A DNA stretch of 64,000 nt from Mizuhopecten yessoensis (taxonomy: Eukaryota), in the NCBI RefSeq assembly GCF_002113885.1, contig NW_018408154.1, positions 808,297 to 872,296 on the forward strand. The letters run 5' to 3'. Numbering within the stretch: the first letter of the stretch is position 1; each line of letters starts with the position of its first letter. Both the position numbers and the translations under genes were made by a program. Positions 42,401-53,646 of the stretch are shown here, piece by piece. The notes beneath the pieces were generated by a model that did no database searches, was not told the origin of the DNA, and worked only from the letters and a program-made list of their open reading frames with translations.

Positions 42401-45400
42401 TCTGTCCTAGGTCCTGTTCTTGGATGTGACTAGCTCTATGAGATTGTGTGTATGAAGTGTATTATGTATAAATCTTTCCTAGGTCCTGTTCTGGGCTGTG
42501 ACTAGCTCTATGATACTGTGTGTATGAAGTGTATTATGTATAAATCTGGCCTAGGTCCTGTTCTGGGATGTGACTAGCTCTATGATATTGTGTGAATGAA
42601 GTGTAGTATGTATAAATCTGTCCTAGGTACTGTTCTGGGATGTGACTAGCTCTATGATAGTCTATGAAGTGTAGTTTGTATAAATCTGTCCTAGGTCCTG
42701 TTCTGGGATGTGGCTAGCTCTATGATATTGCGTGTATGAAGTGTATTATGTATAAATCTGTCCCAGGTCCTGTTCTGGGCTGTGACTAGCTCTATGATAT
42801 TATGTGTATGAAGTGTAGTATGTATAAATGTGTCCTAGGTCCTGTTCTGGGATGTGACTAGCTATATGATAGTGTGTGTATGAAGTGTATTATGTATAAA
42901 TCTGGCCTAGGTCCTGTTCTGGGCTGTGACTAGCTCTATGATATTGTGTGTATGAAGTGTATTATGTATAAATCTGTCCTAGGTCCTCCTGTTCTGGGAT
43001 GTGGCTAGCTCTATGATATTGTGTGTATGAAGTGTATTATGTATAAATCTGTCCTAGGTCCTGTTCTGGGATGTGACTAGCTCTCTGGTAAAGGTTTATC
43101 AGGACAACAGCATCAAAGTTTACAATAAGGTTGGTTGAAGATTTTTTTTATCAATTCAGTTTTCATATTTTTGTAATTACCAAAATTTACAACAACCATA
43201 CATTTCATAATTGTTGTAAAACATTTCATTAACATACATTTGAACAATAATGGTAGGAATAGTTGTACAGTATTATACGTCTAAGGTGTGGTAACTAGCT
43301 ATATCATATTTTCAGACGCAGGCCAGTGCAATGTTGGCGAATATGCTGAATAAAGATGTGGTAAGTAGTTAGCTCACCTGACTGAAGGAAAAGTGTACTC
43401 GCGCCATGGCATCCATCTGTCTGCCCGTTAAACGTTTCTTTTCCACATAACTTTTCTAGACGTGATAAGATTTCAATGACGCTTGGTCAGCAGATGTTTA
43501 TAAGGAAGATGGAGGCTTAACCCTTTCACCCATATGTAGCTTTAGTAGACTGTACCAAGCATTGATCTGGACAAGTCCATTATGGTCTACAGTGGTGCAA
43601 GGGTTAACTTGATGATAAGCGGAATTTAGGTATATTTGATTTGTGTACTGCAAACTGATTAGTAAGTGCTTTCTACATCACAATTTCAATATATATATAA
43701 CTGTTAAACTTGGTCAACACTTTCAAAATACGGGTAGGAAGATGGGTGCCAAGTTTAATGATGGCAAGCACAAATGACGTTTTGGTTACTTGTTGCACAT
43801 GTACAAAGTGGATGTCAAAGTTCAAGGTCAAACTGCTATATCAGCACTTGTTACATTCTGATATGAACCTTTTGCAGTTTGTATGTCTTTGTTTGGGGGT
43901 CTCTGTAATGCTTGACTTATAACTAGCAGTTGTTCACCGCTAGACCTATGTTATTATGACAGCTTATGGGCGTATCGTACATCATTGTGCTGTTGTTTAA
44001 CTTTTTTTTTAGTACTCAGTTTTTGCTCAAGATTATGCCTATCATATGGTTGTTTGGCAGAAAGCTTCAAAACATTTCTTGATACAGTAGTAAATTATGA
44101 CTTTTACAATATTTAATTTATATATATGAGGTTTCATTAGAAAAGTTAGTGTATGAGTATATGTGCAATTGTTATTGAGTATACATTTTAACTATATAAT
44201 TATATACAATTCTTGATTTTCATGTCTGAACTGTTCATGTCTTAACTTAATAACTAGATTGTGTTTGATCATTGGCCAAAGTAAAGAGGGATAATTGACT
44301 TGTATTTCTGATTCAGATTGACAAAGGTAAAAACTTGAAGGATAAGTGCCTTTTTGTTTCTGATTCAGGTGGAGAAGATAGGTGAGGACGTTTGGACGAC
44401 GTTTGCTACATCAACGTTTGCCACACTTACAGAGGTAGGTCTTATGTTTCTCTAATGGAAACTTTTATTCTTTTGATCAATTTGTTAAAGTTTTGACATT
44501 ATAATCTGATATTATTTTGACATTCCATGTTAATGGTTATCTGATAGTAGCTCAGAGATATGTTAACGTTTTGATTTTCGCCAAACTTAGTTAATTATTA
44601 TTTAGAAACCAAGTACAAAGGTCAGAGATCTGTTAATATTTAATGATAAAATGAGAAATGGCTCAATATTCTGATTTAATAGCTTTTAAACCATTTAAAG
44701 CATATGACATTAATTCTACAAATTTCCTTGGTTTGAAGTTAAGTACTGAATTGTTATCTAGAATATTCATTGGTGTAGATAAGGCTCCTTCATCATAAAC
44801 AGACAAACATGTTTACACTGTGATAAGTCATCAATGTAAACCGATAAACCTTTTGACATGGACTGTTTCACCTCAAATATAGAAACAAATTTTGATACTA
44901 TTTTCCATTATCTATAAGTGTAATATTCTGCTGTGTTTCTCTAGGTCATATGTAATACAACAAAGGAGAACTACTTCGCCAAGCTGATGCACAACATGCT
45001 ACAAATCCTCAGCAAGATCTCCTCGCTGTCAGGCACAGCTCAGGTCAGTATACAGGTGTCGTACCTGGCAACAGGAATCCCCCCCCCCCCCCCCCCCCCC
45101 CTGCCAGAAAACCCCACAAAAAAACAGTAGCATCCGCTGGCCAACAAGTTTCCCCTAAATATTCATTTATATCTAGGAAAGGGGTAGGTGTGGATGATGG
45201 AGAAGAGAATAAGATAGCTGATTTCTTCTAACAGGGTAAAAATGAAAGAGCGAGGGGGGAACTCAATATAGGAAAAGAATACCTGTACACTGGGTTGTGT
45301 ACTGGGTGTAGATGTATTTCTGTGTACAAAGTTGTGTCCTGAATATATAACCTGCTGTAGACAGGATTGTGTGTTGTTTGTATACTAAGTGTTTGTTTTA

Positions 45401-47661
45401 CTGTTTCAGGGCTGTATGTTGTCTGCAGAAGCCCAGACAAGGTTGACTGATCTACTTCCACGATGCAGCAAAGAGAATCGTCGCCTTGCCCGTGCATTGC
45501 TGAAGAAGGCTAATCCAGAGTTTGAAGTGGATAGCCGGTATGTTTGTTATATAAACATGTTTCTATCTAAGACTGTTTTATTCTCTTTAGTCCCCTATCT
45601 AAATAAACCCAAGGATGTTATATAACTAACTAATCATCCAGTTAAGATAAAGTTGTGAATTTAAACAATCTATTAAGTTAACCATAATTTTGAACAGTCT
45701 CCAAAAGGAACCCTACCTTTTTTGACAAATTCCATAGAATATTACTCATAAAAAATGTTTGGCCTCCTGTCCTTTTTGCAGTCTCATTGAGGAAAAAATT
45801 GTGAAAATTCTGATGTCTTTTATTTCGATTGACTGCATCTTTGTGACTGGATGTAGTCATTTAAAACAGGACATTAGGTGCTAAAAAATTATTTCCTCAG
45901 TGAGACTGAATAAGGGCAGGAGTCGAAAATTTCTATAAGTAGTTTTCCAAAGTATTTGTAAGATATGTTTTCAAATATAATGTTATTTTGCAAACATTTT
46001 TAAAACTCTTTGCAAATTGTATGAATTTGATTTATTAATTCAACATAACAAATGTGTCCGTGTCAAGGGTATTCCATGGAATACGTGGGACCTAGAGTAA
46101 CAATATCTGGCTTCACCATGTTCACTTTGATAATGATTCAAGTTACCCACGTTGGACTAGTTTACTGCGTATAAATTGGTAGCAAGTGATTTGTCTTTCC
46201 TATAACAATGTTTTCCTTGGAGATTTACCAAAGTTGTACGAGGAGAGTCTCGTCGTACATATGACCCCATCCTCGATACTCCAGGGGTTACGCTCACTTT
46301 CGCTCTCTGCACCCCTGGAATATGTCATAGCAAAATTGAGGCACATGGCTAGCTATTTGATTGGTCTCGGGTAGACACCTGTCCTTTGTGACACCTGTCC
46401 TTTGTGACACCTGTCCTTTGAAGATTACAGAGGAGCAACACCCAAATTCAACGCCAGTCAATTGTACCGTTACGCAACCGACAGATTCTTTTGATGTACA
46501 CGAGAGGATCAAATTAGACTTCTTGTCTCATCAACAAGGTGGTACACACTGAGCCTTCGATTTTGCTATGACACATTCCAGTGGTGTAGAATGTAGGAGA
46601 GTGTAGGAGGAAGAGTATTGAGAATGATATGACCCATGCTGTTGCGAGAATGTTAAACTCCAAATAAAGAAATACCCGGTATGGGTATGCAGCATGAGCC
46701 TAGATGATCCTGTTCCAAGTCTTTTAAAGAACAAGAGTACCGCGGGGCGGAACAATATACACCCGTCGAATGCCATATAGTGTTATTGTTAATGAAATGA
46801 ACAAAGGGCAATAACTTTTGGAACAATTATCAAATCAAAATTCTGTTAAGGGGGACACAACTTGATATCATGATTATAATGTATACCAAGTTTCAAAGAA
46901 ATCCGTCAAAAAATGTAGGAGGAGATCTCTGTACAAAAAATAAAATACTGAAATGAACAAAGGGCAATTACTTTTGGAACAATTATCAAATCAAAATTCT
47001 GTTAAGGGGGACACAACTTGATATCATGATTATAATGTATACCAAGTTTCAAAGAGATCGGTCGAAAAATGTAGGAGGAGATTGCCAGACAAACTAAAGT
47101 TTACACTGAACGAACGAACAACCCCATACCATAATACTCCTGTCAAAATTTGACGGGCGTATAAAAAGGCCAATCTATCACCTAAATCACTGGTTAGATA
47201 GTGGGGTATTAGTGGAGTAGTGATGGCAGGATTAAAGGGGCTTAACTCATTGCTGTAGCTGTATGATACAATTTTGATCAATTACAACATTTTGCAGAAT
47301 TTATCAAAAATATGTCTTACAAGTGCCAAACTATTGCATAACCAACTGGGATGTATTTAACAGGAGAGGATCAAAAGTTTATAATGGAATATGTTTGTGT
47401 TTTGTGTGCAGTGAAAAGAATGAGGGAAAGAAACAGAAGAAGAGAAAAATGAAGGAAAATAATGAAAGTTCACCAGAAAAGATGAAGAAACCAAATGACA
47501 GTGAATTAAAAGAAGAAAATGGAAATTCACCAAAACTAAATGAACTGAAAGAGTTAAATGGAAACTCACCTAAAAAGGTGAAGAAACCTAAGAAGACGAA
47601 AACAAAAGGAGAGGATGGAAAATCACTGAAAAAGTCCAAAACGATGGATGTATCAAGCTGA
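12429..47661 (+). CDS. MYBBP1A: Myb-binding protein 1A-like (DNA polymerase phi/Pol5 family nucleolar protein), 36 coding exons, about 1212 aa
   Basis: Hand-built exons, all GT-AG and phase-consistent, total 3639 nt: 12429-12551,14446-14550,14888-14977,15326-15397,15708-15818,17666-17788,18785-18877,20054-20159,20876-20967,21193-21294,21907-22044,23527-23597,24058-24241,24675-24771,25873-25940,26290-26346,26809-26874,28562-28675,29354-29423,29777-29919,30651-30747,31198-31364,34266-34399,34747-34804,35066-35179,36173-36248,37127-37179,38960-39076,39665-39750,40128-40179,43058-43129,43316-43360,44369-44434,44945-45043,45410-45537,47412-47661. Family motifs: FFWKLA, LKYTLRRLVKGVSSNRNCARQGFSVAL, ALIQSGRL, EPEWIEVMTEVLISMMSQ..HLT..VQLIVDVL, acidic tract, MSDSEMFKLD, FKIRLLDLL and a Lys-rich SP-containing tail. 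Confidence 0.93.
12669..12846. mobile_element. Small MITE with TTGCAGGGT..ACCCTGCAA termini
   Basis: 9-bp terminal inverted repeat and internal GGATAACCC motifs near both ends; TSD not evident. Confidence 0.4.
14643..14772. repeat. 30-bp tandem repeat, about 4 copies
   Basis: Unit CTTAGCCCATTGTCAAGTTATTTATAGTCA. Confidence 0.9.
16049..17222. repeat. Direct duplication of about 118 bp (16049-16169 / 16366-16484), each copy followed by a 27-bp C-rich minisatellite
   Basis: Unit CATCTTACCATACCCTCACCCCCTAAA at 16170-16345 and 16527-17222; the duplicated block runs AAATTAGATGTAATATG..CATAGAGGGTCAGT. Confidence 0.9.
17375..17465. mobile_element. 83-bp TTAA-MITE (piggyBac-like), copy 1
   Basis: TTA(G)CCCTTTCA..TGAAAGGG TTAA; similar to 20193, 43517 and 59065. 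Confidence 0.8.
17905..18403. mobile_element. Non-autonomous DNA element with TAATAGA..TCTATTA ends and internal palindromes
   Basis: Short terminal IR and a nested hairpin at 18250-18385 (AGGGTGT.ACAGAGA..CCGAGGGGTGAT / ATCACCCCTCGG..TCTCTGTCACACCCT). Confidence 0.55.
18408..18632 (-). mobile_element. tRNA-derived V-type SINE
   Basis: Minus strand GGGCTGTGGTGACCAGGTGGTT (A box) .. GGTTTCGAAGCC (B box) .. TTTTCTCCGGGTAACAGGCTTTCCTCC (V-domain-like) .. GCTGTTAATAGGACGT and an (AAACC)n tail. Confidence 0.8.
18925..19653. mobile_element. Non-autonomous DNA element with palindromic ends
   Basis: Hairpin 19520-19640 (TTCACCCCCTT..GATAGGGAATCT..AAGATTCTTA / TAAGAATCTT..AGATTCCCCTATC..AAGGGGGTGAA), TGACGTCA repeats and a TCTATTA end like the 17905 element. 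Confidence 0.55.
20193..20283. mobile_element. 83-bp TTAA-MITE, copy 2
   Basis: TTAA TCCTTTCACTCC..GGTGAAAGGG TTAA. Confidence 0.85.
22028..23252 (+). repeat. 57/58-bp minisatellite (about 21 copies) spanning the MYBBP1A exon 11 donor
   Basis: Unit AGAGGATCACACTAAGT|GTAAGTCATGTCAGTATGTACAGGGGTCACTGTAGACTAAC; two interleaved variants. Confidence 0.95.
26895..28008. mobile_element. Non-autonomous piggyBac-like element (about 1.1 kb)
   Basis: TTAA|CCCTTAGGCTGCTAC ... GTAGCAGCCTAAGGG|TTAA, a 15-bp perfect TIR; no transposase ORF; right end triplicated. Confidence 0.88.
28671..28955 (+). repeat. 39-45-bp minisatellite (6.5 copies) starting at the MYBBP1A exon 18 donor
   Basis: Units 28676-28714, -28757, -28798, -28843, -28888 and -28933; each reads GTA(A/T)G...pyrimidine tract...CAG. 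Confidence 0.92.
29560..29650. mobile_element. 83-bp TTAA-MITE, divergent subfamily
   Basis: TTAA TTCATTCACCCCTGAA..TTCAGGGATGATTGAG TGAA; same length as the others. Confidence 0.65.
31490..33840. repeat. 34-bp minisatellite (64 units) bracketed by two 41-bp variant units at each end
   Basis: Unit ACTATGTGGACAATCAAGCCTGGTATACTCTCTC; 31572-33747 = 64 x 34. Confidence 0.97.
35958..36051. mobile_element. 94-bp hairpin/MITE with 23-bp perfect inverted arms
   Basis: GACCACACACTTGTGTTTTTCTA ... TAGAAAAACACAAGTGTGTGGTC. Confidence 0.7.
36074..36168. repeat. 21-bp tandem repeat (about 4.5 copies) abutting the exon 26 acceptor
   Basis: Unit ATTTGGGTATAAACAGTAAAT, ending in ATTTGGTATTTTAG|GAG. Confidence 0.85.
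38467..38565. mobile_element. hAT-like MITE end (TAGGGCTGTCACAATA)
   Basis: TAGGG terminus with ATATCG/TATCACAATA subterminal repeats; its first 35 bp recur at 59509. Confidence 0.55.
40267..40357. mobile_element. 83-bp TTAA-MITE, divergent subfamily
   Basis: TTAA CTCATTCCCCCCTA..TAGGGGTGAATGGG TTAA. Confidence 0.75.
40436..43084 (+). repeat. 72/75-bp minisatellite (about 36 copies) spanning the MYBBP1A exon 31 acceptor
   Basis: Unit ATGATATTGTGTGTATGAAGTGTATTATGTATAAATCTGTCCTAG|GTCCTGTTCTGGGATGTGACTAGCTCT; the last copy runs into exon VLFWDVTSSLVKV. Confidence 0.96.
43517..43607. mobile_element. 83-bp TTAA-MITE, copy 3 (within a decayed Helentron-like repeat at about 43370-43960)
   Basis: TTAA CCCTTTCACCC..GGTGCAAGGG TTAA. 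Confidence 0.85.
46268..46590. mobile_element. Non-autonomous TIR element, same family as 3966-4915
   Basis: Left arm CACCCCTGGAATATGTCATAGCAAAAT and right arm ATTTTGCTATGACACATTCCAGTGGTG are inverted; the interior has a 16-bp GACACCTGTCCTTTGT repeat x3. Confidence 0.7.
46731..47166 (+). mobile_element. Helentron-associated non-autonomous element (HINE/DTC84-like)
   Basis: AACAAGAG start, subterminal IR TATACACCCGTC / GACGGGCGTATA, terminal hairpin CCTGTCAAAATTTGACGGG, two 156-bp core repeats (46794, 46950), (GAAC)n microsatellite and A-run end. Confidence 0.8.
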
Positions 47662-47747
47662 TGTGAGAACCTTGAATTAGTCCGACATTAGAACAGATGT
47701 AGTGGCAGCCTCAGGTTGTGACCTGGTGTTAATTTGTAACATGACAC

Positions 47748-47940
47748 AAATGTATTCAAGGGCTGAAGACATGCTCTTGTGAGAATTGATTGTAAAATAG
47801 ATGTATGCAAGGGCTGAAGACATGCTCTTGTGAGAATTGATTGTAAAATAAATGTATGCAAGGGCTGAAGACACGCTCCCGTGAGAATTGGTTGTAAAAT
47901 AAATGTATGCAAGGGCTGAAGACATGCTCTTGTGAGAATT
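47748..47940. repeat. 51-bp tandem repeat (about 4 copies) in the MYBBP1A 3' UTR
   Basis: Unit AAGGGCTGAAGACATGCTCTTGTGAGAATTGATTGTAAAATAGATGTATGC. Confidence 0.9.
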
Positions 47941-48542
47941 AAAGGGCCAAGGGGAGGGTATACTCATGTGCAGATTGAACTGTAAATCAAATACATTAAA
48001 GACTGAGGTCATGACCTTATCAGACACCTATTGATTGACAAGGTTAATATTTACTTTTCAGTAGATTTTAACTAAAGGGTCGATGTCACTCTAGATTGTA
48101 TATTTGAGATACTGTGTAGCATCATCTACACAGTAAATTATAAATAGGAAAGAAAGAGAAGATAACACACTTTTTAGGGGTTGTTCAGTTTCTCAGTCTT
48201 TGAGATATCTTTAAGGGGCACTGTGGGCACTGGTTTCCCACTAGATTATAATCTGTGAAAGGATCATGTGTGGCATCACAGTAGGTATAAGTTTTTACGG
48301 GAATGTGAGGCTTCACACTTGATTTTAAACTTTTTAGAAACTGTGCATTGTCTCCGTTAATTATATATTTGAGAGGATGTTGGGTTTCATGGTAGATTAT
48401 GATGTTTGAGAGGAGTTGTAGCTGATACCGATGTAACAACAAACTTATCCTAGAACCATAATGTGTTTGTGTATGGTTTGTTGTACAATGTACTGTTTTA
48501 TTGTTACGTTGTGATTACACAGACAGATGTGTACATTGAAGT

Positions 48543-48548
48543 AATAAA
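48543..48548 (+). terminator. Probable MYBBP1A polyadenylation signal
   Basis: AATAAA followed about 20 nt later by a T/GT-rich tract (GTTTATTCATTTGTTTGT). Confidence 0.55.
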
Positions 48549-49232
48549 ACTTATATATTACAAAGTTTATTCATTTGTTTGTACTAGTGGTTAGTAAAGC
48601 AGACATTATCTTTCCCTGAAAAATCAATCCTTAAAAGTTTATATAATGACAACCAAAATGTTTCTGCTCTCTGTAAGTATTATAAATACAATTATCACTG
48701 GTAGGGGAAATTTATCTTACCGTAATACAAACATCTTATTACGGACTTTATCTCATCATTTTGAATGAAAAAAATAAGAATTCAGTGTCTAAAATAATGA
48801 AAATATTTAGGTTATGTTTCATTTGAAGACTGCTACCAGGTCTTTTTAGGAGTTTGTGATATCTTGAAGAAAAAGAACTTAGAGATGAAATTAACTTTGT
48901 ATCAAAAGGACCTTGTATTAAGATATTAATTTCTGTTATATAATTAAAAAGGTTTAACTCGTTAAAGTATGAACCATGTGGTGTGATATTGAGTAAAGTC
49001 TAAAATAACAAAAAAAGTGAAATGTATAAAGGAAATTATTCATTTGTGCACCAATAAGACTATAAATATAAAGATAAATAAAAAGGAAGATGTATAGAAC
49101 TCTAGATTACCAAAGCCTTTCAGACAGGTTCATGACCTTAGATGTACAGAGATAAAACCTTAGCTCTTAGGAATGTGTATAGCTGTCTTGATCAGCGGTT
49201 GTAATGTTTGTTAATATGTAAAATACAGGTGT

Positions 49233-50570
49233 AACTCGAGGCCCAATGGACCTGTATCGCTCATTCTAGTATTATCTCATGCAATAACAAAGATCACTAC
49301 ATCTAAATGGATTAAATCAAACTTCAGGCTAAATACCATTACCTACGACACTTGGTTATTCAGAAGAACCAGTTTAAAGATTTTAACACATTTGACCCTG
49401 TGACCTTGATTGTCGAATAAGGAAACTAATTTGAACAAACTTCATAGACCTTCAAACCAGCTTACTGATGGCTAAATATCATCAGCACTATGCCTTTTGG
49501 TATTCAGATTCATTTGAGCAAACTTGGAAGCCATCTATCTGAGCATGTGATATTAGCCAATATGACCTGCGACCTTGAAAGTTGGTTTAAAGGTAAATCA
49601 TTAGAACAAACTTGGTAGTCCTTCATCCCAGCATGCAACTAGTAACATATAATTACCCGTGGTCTTTTGATTATTGAGAAGATGCTTAAATATTTTTGAC
49701 ACCTATGATCCCTTTGACATTGAAAATGGACTAGGTAATTCTTTTGAACAGATTTGATAGCCTTCATCCAAGCCTAATACTGGCCAATTGTCCCAAGTTC
49801 AAGGTGATTTGTTTGAACAAACTTAGCAGCCATTCATCCCACTGTCTAAATATCATTGTGATGGGCCTTCTGGTTATTGAGAAGTTGTTTTTGAACATTT
49901 GACCTGTGTGACCTTGAAAATGGGTTCTCTGAACATGGAGAAACAAGTGAACGCTATTGCCAAATCCTGTTACTACCAGATAAGGAACAACGGCTGTATT
50001 CGGCAGTTTCTAACTGCAGATGCATGCAAGATTTTGGTGCATTCACTTGTTACCTCTTGATTGGATTATGGGAACACCCTGCTCTGTGGTATATCTGACA
50101 AACTAACTAGTCGTCTGCAGAGGGTCCAGAACACTGCAGCACGGCTAGTTTCTCGTACTCGAAAGAGAGAACTCACCTCTTCACGTCTGCATTTTAGAAT
50201 CTTTGCAAAGACGTCATGTAAATACCACCCTTTTATTTGTTCAATTATGTGCACAAGCAGTGATTGCAAGCCTTTGTTGTTTGTTTTCACAATTATAACC
50301 ATTACTATTATCCATATGTTGTAAAGCGCCTTAGAGTAATTTTACAAATTATATAGGGCGCTATATAAATGTTGTATATTATTATTTATTATTATTCATT
50401 TGACATTTGAACAAACTTGGTAGGCCTCCCTCAGCATGCTACTCCTATGTATCAACTTAGGTGTTTGGTTATTGAGAAGAAGTTGATTGAATGGGAAAAT
50501 GGACATGTCGGAGGCCGAACACCACACTATGGCATAAGCTCATTGGCATTTCATGTTATGTGAGCTAAAA
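49233..50570 (+). mobile_element. Helentron-like non-autonomous element with degenerate core repeats, interrupted by an L2 fragment
   Basis: AACTCGAGGCCCAATGGACCTGTATCGCTCA start; repeated TTTGAACAAACTT/TGACCTTGA cores; terminal hairpin AGCTCA..TGAGCT followed by an A-run. Confidence 0.72.
49927..50397 (+). mobile_element. 5'-truncated, internally deleted copy of the L2 at 7950-10950
   Basis: Near identical to 10226-10441 and 10751-10950 (TGAACATGGAGAAACAAGTGAACGCTATTGCC...), with an (ATT)n tail. Confidence 0.92.
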
Positions 50571-50687
50571 AAAAACACTGAATGTAACAATCTTGATAAG
50601 AGGCACTGAAGTTTGTAATTGAAGTTACGTAGATATAATGGTTAAAAACAGAAAACAAGAACAATACAATGTATTAAAAAGGTGACT

Positions 50688-50693
50688 TTTATT
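50688..50693 (-). terminator. Candidate cadherin polyadenylation signal (implies a 3' UTR of about 4.9 kb)
   Basis: AATAAA on the minus strand followed by GT/T-rich TGTATTGTTCTTGTTTTCTGTTTTT; more proximal AATAAA motifs also exist. Confidence 0.35.
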
Positions 50694-52344
50694 ATTCAAA
50701 ATAGGAATATGAAGTCTAATCCCCCTAGACTATATTGGGGACAATATATGAAAATTGTGATTTTCTTCTGAGAGACAAGCATGAACATGATAATTTACTT
50801 GATAAAAATATCCTCAGGACTTAAGTAAACATGACAAAAATTAATGAATTGGATTTGTTAAAAATACAAATTAACCGGTAAAAGAGTAAACTATTTGATT
50901 TGAAAATACAATGAACTTTGTGTAACTCCAAAGCACCACACTTCAAGACATTATATAAAAGAAGTTCAAGTAGAATGATAAGTGATGATGTTAAATGATA
51001 ATTCAGAGATATACAGTTCAGGGTTGGCTTGCTTCAGAACTTCCAATATGTTAATACTTTTACACACTTCTAATTTTCATATTTTTTGTTTTAAATGTAT
51101 TAATGAAAAGCACTCTTTTAAGGTTTAAGAGACAAGCACATTTCATCTATCTGATTAAAGCAATACCTCAGATTTTAACGATACTCAACAGTAATGTTTC
51201 TCCTTAAAACATCATGTATGGCGGTGGAGTTTATTATCTTGTTTTAATGACATAGACTGACAAAACATTAAACTATAACTGATAAAACATTAAACTATAA
51301 CTGATGACGGCAAGAAAATTCAAATATGAAACTTTATCATTTTCCAGTTATAATGTCCGACAGATAAAGTGTCATGCATTCAGCTTTATTGTGCATTTTT
51401 TATGCATTCAGCTTGCACCTCATAGAAATTCTGTAAAGAAAAATACAAGAAATGTCAACTTTTGTCCTGCATACCAGTGTATCAAGATCCGTTATTACAA
51501 AATTTAAATTGGTATTGCTTCAGATACCTGTGGCAAGATATATCATTTGTGTTCTAAGATAAATGATTTTGAATTTTTTAACAGTTACTAGTAAGAGACA
51601 AATATAGACATAACTTGATACTTCCAAGACATTTCCACTTCAATATTTACAGTCTACACTCAGGAAAATATATCTTTACAACTACAGTGTACTTCAAATG
51701 TAATTTTACAATGATCACGTTTTTAATAAAATTTGTCGATATTTAAAAATACAGATGAATAAATGAAACATTTTTCTTGTACCTGTCTGAAAACCCATTT
51801 TTGTTTTCACGTACCATATAATAAACACTGAAATTGACAAATTATTCTTGTTTTATTTTGTGAACCGGTAATGAGATGATGACAAGTTGAGCTCGAAGAC
51901 GTTTTTCACAGATGATTCCAACAGCTTCTAACAGCTGACGTCATCACCTCACAACCTGAATAGACGACCATGACTTACGAAGCGAGTCTAAATAAAATCA
52001 TTCATTAACATAATATCTTTGGAAAAAAAAAAGAAAAAAAAAATACTTCGTTTCTTCATCAGAAAAAGGAAAATTGAAAGACATTCACACACTATCGTTA
52101 ACAGCTAGGCTAAATACTCCCATCTAAACTTGATGGAAGGAAGATGAAATAGATCAACATTTAAATCCATTACTTTGTACATTCACAGCCACAGAATGCT
52201 GCTATGTGGGACACGTTTAGGCTTCACACATCTAGTTTATCAATACTAGCACATCTTAGGCAGTGTTATCATTAGGAATGAACGGGTGATTATTGATATG
52301 ATTGTTAGTTTTATTTCCTATGCTAAACCGTGAATGATGAAACT

Positions 52345-52625
52345 TTTACAACTACGTGACCACATCTCTCGTGATTTTATAGTTATGATGTACATAGTAT
52401 CTTTACACCGAGACTTTACAACTCCTGGGTGACACAACTCTCGTGATTATATAGTTATGATGTACATAGTATCTTTACACCGAGACGTTACAACTCCTGC
52501 GTGACACATCTCTCGTGATTATATAGTTATGATGTACATAGTATCTTTACACCGAGACGTTACAACTCCTGCGTGATCTCTTCTCTCGTGATAATACAAT
52601 TATATATGGAATATCTTCACACCGT
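52345..52625. repeat. 72-bp tandem repeat, about 4 copies
   Basis: Unit ACAACTCCTGCGTGACACATCTCTCGTGATTATATAGTTATGATGTACATAGTATCTTTACACCGAGACGTT. Confidence 0.9.
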
Positions 52626-53646
52626 CTTCTTGCATACAGATTAATTATGATCAGTATAGTTGATATCCACTTATAATAAAGATAAAATTCTTATATTCCT
52701 TACCCCCATTATGACTAGGTCGTAATTCCAGCTGGAATGAGCAGTTAAATATTTAATTCTTGGAACATGCTTTATATACGAAAATATATAACTTATATTT
52801 TATCTTAATAACAATTTTTATATATTTATCCTAATGATATAATATCTGTCATGGGAATCAATGCGTAGTACCTGTTAATCACTCCGATACTTTTATTTCA
52901 TAATACATGAGCACTCTTTCACATAACTATATTATATATATACAGAATCTATAGAATAGTCCTTATAATTTGACAAACAAATCAATCACTATGATAAAAC
53001 CATTAACACCTCCGACCAATTTAGACTTGCCTAAATAAAAAGGCAAGTTATTCCACTATACACATAAAGGGAGAGTAGGGTTGTTCATGTGTACCCCCAT
53101 TACACCAATGGAATGGTCTAGATCCATGTGTATGAGTGACTTGGGACAACGGAATACCAAGTAAGGATTTCCTAGTGATGTACATGGACAGTTTACTGTA
53201 ATGAGATGTAGGGTATATCACTATACTATTCTGATATGTTGCATATTCCTTCAAGTTAATGCTATTTGGTTTCATATTGGAATTATTACAAAACCAAGGC
53301 CGCATTGGTTAAACGCGATCCAAACGATTTGACTGGTTGGACCAGTTTTTCATTCATGAAATAAGGCCGGACCTAGTAATCTGATGCTGCTTTCTGGCGA
53401 GCCCTTGCAAGGCCTGTATTAATATTTGCAGGCCTGCCAGGATGTATACCCGAAAATATTACATTTAAAAACAGACAAATTACCGGTTGAACCGGATATG
53501 AGAAAGGGACCCTTGTCTGTTTAGGGAAAAGTCACTGCGCTTTGTTTACTTTATTCGTAAGAAGTCACATTATGACGTGATTAGCATTGTAAGTGTATGT
53601 GACTATTAGGCTTTAAATACATAAAGGAGAGAAGTTATTCAAGCCC

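Noticed and set aside
44317-44326. 10-nt microexon
   Set aside because: It would shift the frame and leave a 42-nt intron; kept only as a duplicated-acceptor remnant.
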